Shown here: positions 1 to 10,386 of the stretch, one piece after another
How the letters are laid out: the number at the start of each line of letters is the position of its first letter
Numbering within the stretch: the first letter of the stretch is position 1
Assembly (NCBI GenBank): GCA_965230975.1
Contig: OZ246402.1
Location: forward strand, 1,120,859-1,184,858
Origin: an uncultured Candidatus Saccharibacteria bacterium
GTDB taxonomy: Bacteria; Patescibacteriota; Dojkabacteria; J137
Reading direction: 5' to 3'
Length of the DNA stretch: 64,000 nt
Made by a program: the position numbers and the translations under genes
The notes under the pieces: generated by a model
What the model saw: only the letters and a program-made list of their open reading frames with translations
Databases searched by the model: none
Told to the model about the DNA's origin: nothing

Positions 1-1230
1 GTCTGTACCAAACTCTCTTTGATCAACAATGGATAATCCTTTAGGAAGTACATACTCTACAGGATCTTCTAAAGTAACAATATGTTTAGAAGATGATAAG
101 TTAATTGCATTCAAAAGAGAGGCAAGAGTAGTAGATTTACCACTTCCTGTTGGACCGGTGATTATAACCAATCCATTAGGGTATTTAGTTAATGAATTTA
201 ATACTGGAGGAAGTCCTAAATTATCTAAAGATAGAATAGTTTCATTTATTACTCTGCAGACAATAGAGTAAACACCTAATTGTTTAAAAATATTAACTCT
301 AAATCTTTTATCTTCTAATGTATAAGTCAAATCCACCTCCTTAATAGTCTCAATATTTATATCTGGCCTATTTTTAATCATTAAGATTGCAAATTCCTTT
401 ATGTTAGTAGCTGTGAGTAATTGTGAGTTGAATGTTTTTAATTCTCCATCAATCCTGAAAGTAGCTCTATAGCCTTGTGTAAAATGAACGTCCGAAGCTT
501 TTCTATTAATTGCTTCTTTTAGTATTTCGTCTAAAGTATAGTTTTTATATTGCAAATCTTTTGCAGCATCAATACCACCTACTAATTGAGGTTTAATATC
601 ATCTTCTATTCTTTTAATTTCTTTAACCCCTTCAATAGTTGAATCTATTTTAACCGGGTTGGCTACCTGTATCTCTTTTTGATAATTTTCCTGAAAGGTG
701 TCTGTAGCATTTGTGTTATAAGTCACTAAATTATTTGATTGAGGGATACTATTAACATCGGCAACAATTTCTGTAGCAGTTGGATTTATAGTTGTATCTA
801 CTAAAGATTTTTGCTCTTCTTTAACAACGTTTGCAGATGTCAGACTATTATTTAAATCTTCTGAAATTTCAGAAATTATAGATTCTACATTCAAGCCTTG
901 TGGAACAGTTGGCATGTTAGCTTGAGATTCAGGTTTCACTGATGATTCCAATGAAGTACTCTGAACTGCAATTTGATCAGGTGTTTCAACCAAATTTTTC
1001 AATAAAGGTTCGCTAGTAGCATTTTGTTGGGTTAAATTTGTTAAGTCGCTTGCTACAATCGGCATAGTATTGGGTGGGTTTATATCCACTTCATTGGTTG
1101 CTGGGTTAGTCGGAGTAGATACAGGCACAGCGCTAGTTGGCAAAGGCGCGGATCCTTGCATATATAAAGGTGAACTAGTATTACTAGATACATAACCCGA
1201 ACTTTGTGTATTTTGTTGATCTTGTGGCAT
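1..1230 (-). CDS. PilT-like type IV pilus retraction ATPase, partial (C-terminus lies beyond the window start), with ~180 aa low-complexity N-terminal extension
   Basis: Minus-strand frame starts with ATG at 1230 (MPQDQQNTQ...). Translation gives ASDVHFTQGYRATFRIDGEL and RFRVNIF motifs and Walker A VIITGPTGSGKST (around nt 130-170), typical of the PilT/GspE family. Absent from the ORF track only because it runs off the window edge. Confidence 0.6.
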   Translation of the reverse strand, partial: MPQDQQNTQSSGYVSSNTSSPLYMQGSAPLPTSAVPVSTPTNPATNEVDINPPNTMPIVASDLTNLTQQNATSEPLLKNLVETPDQIAVQSTSLESSVKPESQANMPTVPQGLNVESIISEISEDLNNSLTSANVVKEEQKSLVDTTINPTATEIVADVNSIPQSNNLVTYNTNATDTFQENYQKEIQVANPVKIDSTIEGVKEIKRIEDDIKPQLVGGIDAAKDLQYKNYTLDEILKEAINRKASDVHFTQGYRATFRIDGELKTFNSQLLTATNIKEFAILMIKNRPDINIETIKEVDLTYTLEDKRFRVNIFKQLGVYSIVCRVINETILSLDNLGLPPVLNSLTKYPNGLVIITGPTGSGKSTTLASLLNAINLSSSKHIVTLEDPVEYVLPKGLSIVDQREFGTD

Positions 1231-1289
1231 ATTATATAAAGCCTAATTTAAATTATTTTTAATGACTTATCAATTTTTTTTTACTTTTG

Positions 1290-3221
1290 TTATTCATTTT
1301 TAACCCTTATCACCTCTTCAATTGTTGTTATTCCTTCTAATGCTTTTATGTATCCATCTTGAACCATTCTAATCATACCTTCTTTGACTGCAAGATCTTG
1401 TACTTCACTTATCGTTGCTTTTTTTATTACCGCCTGACCAATAGATTCGGACATTTTTAATGCCTCAAATATGCCAGTCCTGCTTACAAAACCCGAGTCT
1501 CCACATTTCGGACATCCGACAGCTTTGTACAGAGTTACGTCTGTAGTGTTTTGGTTAAATTTGCCTAATTCATTGTTTTCCTGGTCTCTTAGCGTAATTT
1601 CACCAAGATTATCTAGCTCTGAGTGGATTTCTTTAACAATTTCTGGAGATGCCTTATAAGCTTCTTTGCACTCGCACAAGACTCTGACTAATCTCTGTCC
1701 TAATAACAAGTTTACAGTTGAAGTTAATAAAAATGGCTCAACACCCATGTCAATTAATCTAATAAATGCGCCAGATGCATTATTTGTGTGAATAGTAGAA
1801 AGAACTAACCTACCCACCAAAGCAGATTGTACTGCTAATGCTGCGGTTTCGGAGTCTCTAATCTCACCAACCATAATAATATCCGGATCCTGTCTTAAGA
1901 AAGATCGTAAACCTGTAGCAAAAGTTAAGCCCACCTCAGGATTAACCTGGACCTGAGTAACTCCATCTATTCTTATTTCAACAGGATCCTCAAGGGTTAA
2001 TATATTAACATCTGGAGAATTTAAGATTTTTTGAGAGCTAGCAAGTGTTTGAGTTTTACCACTTCCGGTAGGCCCTGTTACTAAAATTATACCTTGTGTT
2101 TTTTTTAAAGACTCTTTCATTCTTTGAAGAGAAATACCACGTAATCCTAAATCCTCTAAATCCATAATACCTTGTGTTTTCTCTAAAAGCCTCATTACTA
2201 TTTTTTCGCCATGGATACTTGGCATAATAGAAACTCTCATATCTATAACTCTATCTGAACTTTTTGCCTGAAATCTTCCATCTTGAGGAATTCTATGCTC
2301 ATCTATTTTTAAGTTAGATAAGATTTTTATTCTTGTGACAATAGGAGAGAGTAGCTCAGATGGTAGAGATAATTTTTCGTATAATATACCCCTAATTCTA
2401 AATCTAACTCCAATTTTTTTCTCTCTGGGCTCTATGTGAACATCAGATGCCTTATTCTTAATTCCATAATCTAAAATCATATTTACAATTCTGATTATTG
2501 GAGCAGCTGCATTATCTTGCTTAATATCACTTTCATCAAAGTTTTTTAAATCTACTGTACCAACTTCATCCATTGCCTGTGTGACTTCAGAACCCATCTC
2601 AGCACCATATTTGGTGTCAATAATATTTCGAATATCCATTTCACTAGCAAATACCGCATCTACCTTCTTACCAATAATCGATTCTAAATATTTAATCTTT
2701 TGTAAATCCATTGGATCTACCATAGCAACTCTTACTTTATATGCATTTGATTCAAAAACAACAGCCAATGCAGAGGAGGCTATGTTTGAAGGTAATAAAT
2801 TCAAATCCGCATCTTTTATAACTACATTCTTTAAGTCAATGTATTCTAAACCCTTAATCTCTGCGTTTAGCTTTACTAAATCCCTGCTAGATATCAATCC
2901 CTTTTCTACAAGCAAGTCTTCAAAACTTTTATTTGTGTTTATCGATTCAAACTTAATAGCATTATACTGATCAGAATTTATTACTCCTTTAGCTAAACAT
3001 GCGTCTAGTATATTGCTAATTCCTTTTACAGATATCCCTGTGTTTTTAACAGTTTTGCCACCTTTATCTTCTATATATTTTTTATATTTATCTAAATATT
3101 CTTTACTTTCAGCCAAATTAGCCTGTGCAGTTTGAGTAACAACTACATTGGCAACAGGAGTCGCTGGTTGTATGGTATTATTTGTTGTTGGCATTGGTGC
3201 CTGTGGATTTTGCAAATTCAT
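1290..3221 (-). CDS. pilB: Type IV pilus assembly ATPase PilB/GspE family
   Basis: 643 aa. Walker A LVTGPTGSGKTQTLAS, GspE N-terminal domain, tetracysteine CxxC...CPKCGDSG motif characteristic of PilB/GspE. Stop TAA confirmed at 1290-1292. Confidence 0.8.
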   Translation of the reverse strand: MNLQNPQAPMPTTNNTIQPATPVANVVVTQTAQANLAESKEYLDKYKKYIEDKGGKTVKNTGISVKGISNILDACLAKGVINSDQYNAIKFESINTNKSFEDLLVEKGLISSRDLVKLNAEIKGLEYIDLKNVVIKDADLNLLPSNIASSALAVVFESNAYKVRVAMVDPMDLQKIKYLESIIGKKVDAVFASEMDIRNIIDTKYGAEMGSEVTQAMDEVGTVDLKNFDESDIKQDNAAAPIIRIVNMILDYGIKNKASDVHIEPREKKIGVRFRIRGILYEKLSLPSELLSPIVTRIKILSNLKIDEHRIPQDGRFQAKSSDRVIDMRVSIMPSIHGEKIVMRLLEKTQGIMDLEDLGLRGISLQRMKESLKKTQGIILVTGPTGSGKTQTLASSQKILNSPDVNILTLEDPVEIRIDGVTQVQVNPEVGLTFATGLRSFLRQDPDIIMVGEIRDSETAALAVQSALVGRLVLSTIHTNNASGAFIRLIDMGVEPFLLTSTVNLLLGQRLVRVLCECKEAYKASPEIVKEIHSELDNLGEITLRDQENNELGKFNQNTTDVTLYKAVGCPKCGDSGFVSRTGIFEALKMSESIGQAVIKKATISEVQDLAVKEGMIRMVQDGYIKALEGITTIEEVIRVKNE

Positions 3222-3330
3222 AACAAATATATACAGCTAATAAAGATAAATAACTTAACTATTTTATTAAAATATGGTCTAAAACACCAATATTTTAATT
3301 TCAAAGTTAGCTAAAATTTAAGATAAAAAT

Positions 3331-3960
3331 ATGTATTATCAAAGCAAGCTCATTGTTTCACAAAATAGTAATAAAAGCTACCTATTAAATCTGCTAAATC
3401 TAGACGCAAATAGCATAGATGAGAGCATAATTAATAACCAAGACTCCTCAATTGGTATAAAAGAGATCTCTAGCTTATCTGAAAAATCATCCAAAAAAAG
3501 TGATTTAATTAAGGTAATTTTGATAATTAATTCAGAAAAGCTAACAACCGAAGCTCAAAACTCCTTGCTAAAACTAATCGAGGAACCATCAAATAACTCG
3601 CTTATTCTATTGCATACAAATAATATTGGGTTAATTATAGATACAATAAAGTCAAGGTGCGAAGTTATATTTGATAACAAAGAAGTAGAGGATGAAGAGA
3701 AAAACAATATAGAATTTCTATTTAAAGAATTCACGCAAAAAGATTATATTCAAAAAATAAAAGTAGTTGAAAAGTTTTTAAAAGATTATGATAATAAGAG
3801 TAGCTATAAAAAAGCAATACTAGTTATTTTAAACGAATTAGCTAAAAAGCAGAGCCATTTAAATGTTGTGTCAAAAATTGAGAAAGCTTATAAGGCTATA
3901 GATTTAAACGTAAGCCCTAAATTAGTATTTGATTACATATCTATTATTTTAGAAGCATAG
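3331..3960 (+). CDS. Degenerate DNA polymerase III delta-prime-like clamp-loader subunit (no Walker A)
   Basis: LLKLIEEPSNNSLILLHTNN...IIDTIKSRCEVI matches the conserved LLKTLEEPP...LPTIRSRC block of HolB/delta-prime. Short (209 aa) and lacks a P-loop. Confidence 0.45.
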   Translation: MYYQSKLIVSQNSNKSYLLNLLNLDANSIDESIINNQDSSIGIKEISSLSEKSSKKSDLIKVILIINSEKLTTEAQNSLLKLIEEPSNNSLILLHTNNIGLIIDTIKSRCEVIFDNKEVEDEEKNNIEFLFKEFTQKDYIQKIKVVEKFLKDYDNKSSYKKAILVILNELAKKQSHLNVVSKIEKAYKAIDLNVSPKLVFDYISIILEA

Positions 3961-3995
3961 TATAGTTTTAAAGATTATTTAATTATTTTAAAAAT

Positions 3996-4514
3996 ATGAA
4001 AAAAGCAGCCTTCGTCATTTACGCATGGGGTAGCACATTTCTTTTTGCAGCTATAATATATTGGCTTGCAACTTTATCTTACTTAAATGCAGGGGAAAAG
4101 GTTATAGATGAACTTTTAAAAGTAGTGTTTAGATTATCAATGTATTCTATACTATTTATTTTATTTTATAGATCATGCATTATTACTTTAAAAACTACAG
4201 TTGAAAGACTTTCAAAGTGGAGATCAAGGAAAGAAGAGATTGAAGATATGGAGTTTGTGTTAATTATAGAAACTTTAATTGTAATAATAACAATTTTAGC
4301 TACTATATTATTTGCTGTATTTGAAGAATATACACAGTTTGTTACTGGCGGTAGTAGAAATGCAGAAGTAAAAGATGTGTTGATTAGCATAATGGCTGCC
4401 TTACTAACAGCTATCGTTGTTTACAGTATGCCAGTTTTAGGAGAGCTTGAAGTTGCGATCAAACATAAATTTGAAAGAGAAGTAAGAGAATATAAGGCAA
4501 AAAGATTGAAATAA
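3996..4514 (+). CDS. Hypothetical small membrane protein (4 predicted TM segments)
   Basis: Hydrophobic segments; followed by a clean terminator. Confidence 0.5.
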   Translation: MKKAAFVIYAWGSTFLFAAIIYWLATLSYLNAGEKVIDELLKVVFRLSMYSILFILFYRSCIITLKTTVERLSKWRSRKEEIEDMEFVLIIETLIVIITILATILFAVFEEYTQFVTGGSRNAEVKDVLISIMAALLTAIVVYSMPVLGELEVAIKHKFEREVREYKAKRLK

Positions 4515-4533
4515 GTTTTAATTAGGCACTTTT

Positions 4534-4562
4534 AAGGCTCCGATTTATCGGAGCCTTTTTTA
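4534..4562 (+). terminator. Rho-independent terminator
   Basis: AAGGCTCCG-ATTTA-CGGAGCCTT hairpin followed by TTTTTT. Confidence 0.8.
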
Positions 4563-4821
4563 CTTTCAACTTAATATCTAATCTCCAATAAGGTTAAAAC
4601 AAACACAGCGGTTAGTGACCAAAGAATGAACTTGCTAAAAACCGAGCCTAAAACCTAAAATAACAACAGTCCGTGATTTGGACAAACAAACTTAAGATTA
4701 ATCTATTTAATTTGTAGTATTGAGTAAATATTGGTAAGCTTTTTGATGCATACAGTGCTAGCTAAATCGGTATAACAGTGATAAAATCTAAAGCTTCACA
4801 ATTTTATAAGTAATAGAAAAT

Positions 4822-6741
4822 ATGTCAGAAACTAAAACCACAAACGATTATGGCGCTTCGAGCATTACAGTCCTTAAAGGTCTAGAAGCTGTTAGAATGA
4901 GACCAGCCATGTACATTGGAGGCACAGACGAAGTCGGTCTTCACCACATGATTTGGGAAATTGTAGACAACGGAATAGACGAGGCTTTGGCCGGATATGC
5001 AACAAGTATTGCCGTAGTTTTAAATCAGGATGGTTCCGTTAGCGTTAGAGATAACGGAAGAGGAATCCCCGTAGATATTCACCCAACTGAAAAGGTAAGT
5101 GCTTTAGAACTAGCTGCAACAGTACTACATGCAGGAGGTAAATTTGATAAAAACTCTTACAAAGTAAGTTCAGGCTTACATGGAGTAGGACTTTCTGTAG
5201 TAAATGCGCTTTCAGAATGGGCAAAAATTGAAGTTCATAAAAACGGACACGTTTACCAACAAGAATATAAAATTGGTAAACCAGATTACCCTGTAAAAAA
5301 AGTAGGAGATACTAAAATTTCTGGTTCGATAATAACCTTTAAACCAGATGCTACTATTTTTAAAATAACTGAATTCAATTATAAAACAATTATTACAAGA
5401 CTTAGGCAGCATGCATATTTAAATGGTGGGATTAAATTTGAATTAATAGATAAAAGAGATGGTGGTGAAAGATATTTTGCCTTTTATTTTGAAGGTGGTT
5501 TAAAGTCTTATGTAAAGCATTTAAATGAACATGAGAAATCTATTAATAAAGAGGTTTTTTATACAAAAAAGAGTGTTGATGGCATAGATATAGAAGTTGC
5601 ACTACAATTTACAGAAGATATTCAAATTACAGAATATGCTTTTGCAAACAATGTTTTAAACCCAGATGGTGGAACACATTTAGCAGGTTTTAGAACTGCA
5701 TTAACTAAAACAATTAACAACTATTTAAAGGATGTAGGTACAGAAAAAGAGAAAGAAATTGCATTAACAGGAGATGATGTTAGAGAAGGCTTAACAGCAG
5801 CAATATCGGTTAAACTTTCTGACCCACAATTTGAAGGTCAAACAAAAGGCAAGTTAAATAATTCAGAAGTTGCTCCTGCAGTTAGAAGAGCTGTAGAAGA
5901 GGACTTAAAAGTTTATTTATCTGAAAACCCAGTAGATGCAAAGTCAATATTAAATAAAGTTTTAATCTCTTTCAAAGCAAGAAATGCAGCAAAAGCAGCA
6001 AGAGAAGCTGTTATAAGAAAGAGTGTATTTGAAAGTGGAGGGTTACCTGGTAAATTAGCAGACTGCTCTTCAAGAGACCCTAAATCTTGCGAACTCTACA
6101 TTGTAGAGGGAGACTCTGCAGGTGGATCTGCAAAGCAGGGTAGAGATAGAAATGTTCAAGCAATCTTCCCTTTAAAAGGAAAACCTATAAACTCGGAAAA
6201 ATATAGAATTGACAAAGTACTTGCAAACGATGAAATGAACGATCTTGTAAAAACCCTAGGAATTGGAATTGGAGAGACTCTAGATATTTCAAAATTAAAA
6301 TACCATACAATTATTTGTATGGCAGATGCAGATGTAGATGGACACCACATCAATACACTTTTATTAACAATGTTTTATAGACATTTAAGACCAGTTATTG
6401 ATGGAGGGCACTTATATTTGGCTCAACCGCCATTATATAAAGTAATATTCTCTGCAAACGATACAGTTTGGGTTAAAGATGATGCTGCATTAGAAGCATT
6501 ACTTAAACAAAGAAAACCTGCAAAATATCCAACTGTAAACAGATTCAAAGGTTTAGGAGAAATGAATCCTGAACAATTATGGGAAACTACTATGAATCCT
6601 CAAACAAGAATTTTGAGAAAAGTTATAGTACAAGATGCAGAAGAAGCAAGCAAAATGTTTGATGTTTTGATGGGAGAAGAAGTAGCGCCAAGAAAGAAAT
6701 TTATCGAAACTTACAGCAACGAAGCTGAATTAGATATTTAA
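4822..6741 (+). CDS. gyrB: DNA gyrase subunit B
   Basis: 639 aa. GHKL ATPase and Toprim motifs (HAGGKFD, GLHGVG, EGDSAGGS), C-terminal GyrB tail. Confidence 0.95.
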   Translation: MSETKTTNDYGASSITVLKGLEAVRMRPAMYIGGTDEVGLHHMIWEIVDNGIDEALAGYATSIAVVLNQDGSVSVRDNGRGIPVDIHPTEKVSALELAATVLHAGGKFDKNSYKVSSGLHGVGLSVVNALSEWAKIEVHKNGHVYQQEYKIGKPDYPVKKVGDTKISGSIITFKPDATIFKITEFNYKTIITRLRQHAYLNGGIKFELIDKRDGGERYFAFYFEGGLKSYVKHLNEHEKSINKEVFYTKKSVDGIDIEVALQFTEDIQITEYAFANNVLNPDGGTHLAGFRTALTKTINNYLKDVGTEKEKEIALTGDDVREGLTAAISVKLSDPQFEGQTKGKLNNSEVAPAVRRAVEEDLKVYLSENPVDAKSILNKVLISFKARNAAKAAREAVIRKSVFESGGLPGKLADCSSRDPKSCELYIVEGDSAGGSAKQGRDRNVQAIFPLKGKPINSEKYRIDKVLANDEMNDLVKTLGIGIGETLDISKLKYHTIICMADADVDGHHINTLLLTMFYRHLRPVIDGGHLYLAQPPLYKVIFSANDTVWVKDDAALEALLKQRKPAKYPTVNRFKGLGEMNPEQLWETTMNPQTRILRKVIVQDAEEASKMFDVLMGEEVAPRKKFIETYSNEAELDI

Positions 6742-6752
6742 AATAAACAAAT

Positions 6753-9371
6753 ATGTCAGACCAAGAAGAACTAATACAAACAACAACAGCAGGTGATTTT
6801 AGACAAGAAGATATTTCTGAAATAATTAAATCTAGCTATATCAGCTATGCCATGAGCGTTATAGTTGCCAGAGCTTTACCAGATGTTAGAGATGGACTTA
6901 AGCCTGTACAAAGAAGAATTCTTTACGCAATGTTTAAAATGGGTGTAATGCCTGGTAGTGCATACAAAAAAGTAGCCAGAATTACCGGAGAAACAATGGG
7001 TAAATACCACCCACATGGAGATGCTTCTATTACAGACGCATTAGTTAGAATGGCCCAAGACTTCTCAATGAGATACCCAACAGTAGATGGACAGGGTAAC
7101 TTTGGTTCCATTGATGGTGACCCAGCTGCTGCAGATAGATACATAGAAGCTAGACTTGCAAAAATATCTACTAGAATTATAGAAGGAGTAGAGAATACCG
7201 TAGATTTTGGTGCTAATTATGATGGTACAGAAGAAGAACCATTAGTTTTACCTACAGTTGTACCAAATCTTTTAATTAATGGAGCAGAGGGTATCGCAGT
7301 TGGAATGGCTACCAAAATTCCACCTCACAATTTGACAGAAATTATAAATGGTCTAATTAGAATGATTGATGCAGGCAATAAATGGGATATAGCAAACTTA
7401 GCTAACTTAAACATAAATTACGAAAGTGATATTAAGAATTTAGATGATTTAAAAACCTTGCCAAAAAATAGATTTCATAAGTTTATAAGCGAAATTACTA
7501 TTGATGACTTAATGGAAGATGTTAAGGGACCAGATTTTCCAACAGGTGGGCATATATTCAACCAAAGAAATATTCAGACAGTTTACGAGACGGGTAGAGG
7601 AGGCATAGTAATGAGAGCTGTATCTGCTATTGAAGAAACTAAAATGGGAAGGTTTAGAATTATAGTTACAGAATTACCATATCAGGTTAATAAATCATCT
7701 TTATTAGCAAAAATTGCTCAGTTACATAAAGATAAGAAGATTGATGGAATTTCAGACTTAAGAGATGAATCTAATAGGCATGGTATTAGAATTGTTGTAG
7801 AACTTAAAAAAGAAGCAAAACCAAAAACAGTCCAAAATCAGTTATATAAATATACAGAACTTCAAAAAAACTTTAGCACAAACATGCTTTCTTTAGTAAA
7901 TGGCGAACCAAAATTACTAAACTTGAAAGACACATTAGAATTGTTCTTAACTCACAGGCAAGAGATTGTAATTAGAAGGCACGAGGTTGAATTAGCAGAA
8001 AATAGAAAAAGAGAACATATATTAGAGGGGTTAATGATTGCTCTAGATAATATTGACGAAATCATTAGTCTTATTAGAAATGCAAGTGACGCAGAAGATG
8101 CAAAAACAAAGTTAATGAGTAAATTCAAATTATCTGAAATTCAAGCTCAAGCAATCTTAGATATGCAATTAAGAAAGCTTGCAGCTCTTGAGAGAAAGAA
8201 AATAGAAGAAGAATACAAAGCTGTTGTTGCAAGAATTAAAGAGATTATCTTTATCTTAAATACACCTAGTGAGGTATTAAAGATTATTAAATCAGAATTT
8301 ATAGATTTGAGAACAAAATTTGGAGATGAGAGAAGAACAAAAGTATTTAAGGGTGATGTAGATGAATTTTCAGAAGAGGACTTAGTTCCTAACGAAGAAA
8401 CCTTTGTAACAATAAGTACTCAAGGTTATATAAAGCGTATCAAAAGCGATACATACAAGCTTCAAAAAAGAGGCGGTAGTGGTGTAAAAGCTATGGCAAC
8501 AAAGGAAGATGATTCAGTAAGACATCTTTTTAAATGTAATACACATGACGAAATAATGTTCTTTACTAATCTTGGTAAAGTTTATAGCTTAAAAGTTTAT
8601 GAAATTCCCGAATATGCAAGAGTGGCAAAGGGATTGCCAATTGTTAATTTAATAAACATCTCTAATGGAGAACTTATAACTACAGTATTAACAAGAAGTG
8701 AGTCTGGAACTATTATAGATGAAGATGTAGAACAAGAAGGTGAAGTTGAAAAAGAACACAAAGGAAAAGATTATAAGTATTTATTTATGGCTACAAGATA
8801 TGGCACTGTTAAAAAAACTCTAATTTCAGAATACGAAAACATAAGATCTAACGGATTAATTGCTATTAATTTAGTTGATAATGATGAGTTAATTTGGGTT
8901 AAACCAACTACAGGTAATAACGAGATACTACTTGTAACTAAGTTAGCTAAGTCAATTAGATTTAATGAACAAGACGCAAGAGAGACGGGTAGGTCATCTC
9001 AAGGTGTAAGAGGAATTAGATTGAAAGAGGGTGATGAGGTAATTTCTATGGACGTAGTAAGAAACGAAGAGCAATTATTATTAACAATAGCAGAAAACGG
9101 TTTTGGTAAAATTTCGGATCTTGGCCAATTTGGAATCCAAAATAGGGGAGGGTCAGGTATTTTTGCAGCAAGAGTTAATAATAAAACAGGTAACCTAGTA
9201 ATAGCTAGGATTTTAGACCATCCAAATAAAGACTTATTAATATTAAGCTCAAAAGGACAAGCTGTAAGAATTCCTACAAAAGAGCTTCCATTAAGGAATA
9301 GACAAACATCCGGAGTAACCTTAATGAGAGTTAAAGATGGAGATACAGTAGCAGCTGCAGCTATAATATAA
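6753..9371 (+). CDS. gyrA: DNA gyrase subunit A
   Basis: 872 aa. N-terminal breakage-reunion domain ([21 protein letters not shown]), C-terminal beta-pinwheel repeats. 12-nt gap after gyrB. Confidence 0.95.
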   Translation: MSDQEELIQTTTAGDFRQEDISEIIKSSYISYAMSVIVARALPDVRDGLKPVQRRILYAMFKMGVMPGSAYKKVARITGETMGKYHPHGDASITDALVRMAQDFSMRYPTVDGQGNFGSIDGDPAAADRYIEARLAKISTRIIEGVENTVDFGANYDGTEEEPLVLPTVVPNLLINGAEGIAVGMATKIPPHNLTEIINGLIRMIDAGNKWDIANLANLNINYESDIKNLDDLKTLPKNRFHKFISEITIDDLMEDVKGPDFPTGGHIFNQRNIQTVYETGRGGIVMRAVSAIEETKMGRFRIIVTELPYQVNKSSLLAKIAQLHKDKKIDGISDLRDESNRHGIRIVVELKKEAKPKTVQNQLYKYTELQKNFSTNMLSLVNGEPKLLNLKDTLELFLTHRQEIVIRRHEVELAENRKREHILEGLMIALDNIDEIISLIRNASDAEDAKTKLMSKFKLSEIQAQAILDMQLRKLAALERKKIEEEYKAVVARIKEIIFILNTPSEVLKIIKSEFIDLRTKFGDERRTKVFKGDVDEFSEEDLVPNEETFVTISTQGYIKRIKSDTYKLQKRGGSGVKAMATKEDDSVRHLFKCNTHDEIMFFTNLGKVYSLKVYEIPEYARVAKGLPIVNLINISNGELITTVLTRSESGTIIDEDVEQEGEVEKEHKGKDYKYLFMATRYGTVKKTLISEYENIRSNGLIAINLVDNDELIWVKPTTGNNEILLVTKLAKSIRFNEQDARETGRSSQGVRGIRLKEGDEVISMDVVRNEEQLLLTIAENGFGKISDLGQFGIQNRGGSGIFAARVNNKTGNLVIARILDHPNKDLLILSSKGQAVRIPTKELPLRNRQTSGVTLMRVKDGDTVAAAAII

Positions 9372-9415
9372 ATCAATACTGTATATAACATACAGCCCTC
9401 AAACAACATTCAAAC

Positions 9416-9450
9416 GGGGCCTAACTTTTAAGTTAGGCCCCGTTTTTTTT
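9416..9450 (+). terminator. Rho-independent terminator after gyrA
   Basis: CGGGGCCTAAC-TTTTA-AGTTAGGCCCCG hairpin followed by TTTTTTTT. Confidence 0.85.
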
Positions 9451-10386
9451 ACTTCATAATAGTTCTAAATTTATTAATTTGAATATTTAACAAAATATAT
9501 ATAATTTTAATTTGTGTGTTATGGTAAAAATACGCAATGTGAATCCCCTAAAATACTTATCCACAAAGGTTTCACAGAGCATCTCATGGTGCAATGCTGG
9601 TTAATTTTAAAGCTTTAAACAAATCTTTTATTTAAATGCCTAATAGTAAGAATTATAACTTTGAATTTAAGCTTTTTAATTAAAATTTATTTATAAAATT
9701 CAAACTAAATCACAAATATATTTGTACCCAAAATATAAATATACTTTTTAAGTTCTTAAACTAATAAAAAATATTAAATATTTTTAACTAAAGTAAATTA
9801 TTAATTAAATTTAAACAATTTATAATAATTAATTTGTTTTAAAAATTTTTGAAAATAAATAAATTAAAGCAAACAATAATATAACTTGAATTTATATAAA
9901 CTTATATTTTAGCAATTATTAAAATACTTACTTTTATAGCTTTAAAGATACTCAATTTATATACAAAAAGAATCGCGTTTAAATGCGTTTTAAGGCATTT
10001 AATGGATTAAAGACGAGTATTTATACCCTTGAATAAAGCCATGAAAACACGTAAAAGTTATCCACATTAGTAAAACAGGGCGGGTGTACCAAAACTAGGG
10101 ATTTTAAAGAATTTTGGTATACGTAGAAAATAGGAAAGGAAATAAAATAATAAAGTCAAAAATTAGAGTATTTTTAAAGAATAATAACTTAAGTAAAAGG
10201 TTAATAAAACTGTAAGCTAAAAAAGCAATCTGAGTTGCCTTCTCTTCATTTCCTATGGTTTACTAAATATAAGGTGCATTATACTCAGTACAATTAACTT
10301 ATAAATATGCTTAAATACATACTTAACCACTACTACTCTGGGGCGTGTTGATATAAAGTCTAAAAGTCTTTGTGGTAAATGATTAT
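9451..10386. other. Long AT-rich coding gap with two perfect DnaA boxes; candidate oriC or other regulatory/ncRNA region
   Basis: No ORFs. TTATCCACA at 9557-9565 and at 10058-10066 in the same orientation. Extremely AT-rich stretch about 9690-9900 (DUE-like). Imperfect 11-bp inverted repeat GTGTACCAAAA/TTTTGGTATAC at 10085-10124. Confidence 0.4.

Noticed and set aside
29-271. 80-aa plus-strand ORF at the window start
   Set aside because: It lies antisense to the well-supported PilT-like gene on the minus strand (Walker A GPTGSGKST encoded on the opposite strand). No motif of its own.
9451-10386. rRNA, RNase P RNA, tmRNA or SRP RNA in the large gap
   Set aside because: None of the universally conserved sequence blocks of those RNAs are visible; composition is far too AT-rich for rRNA.
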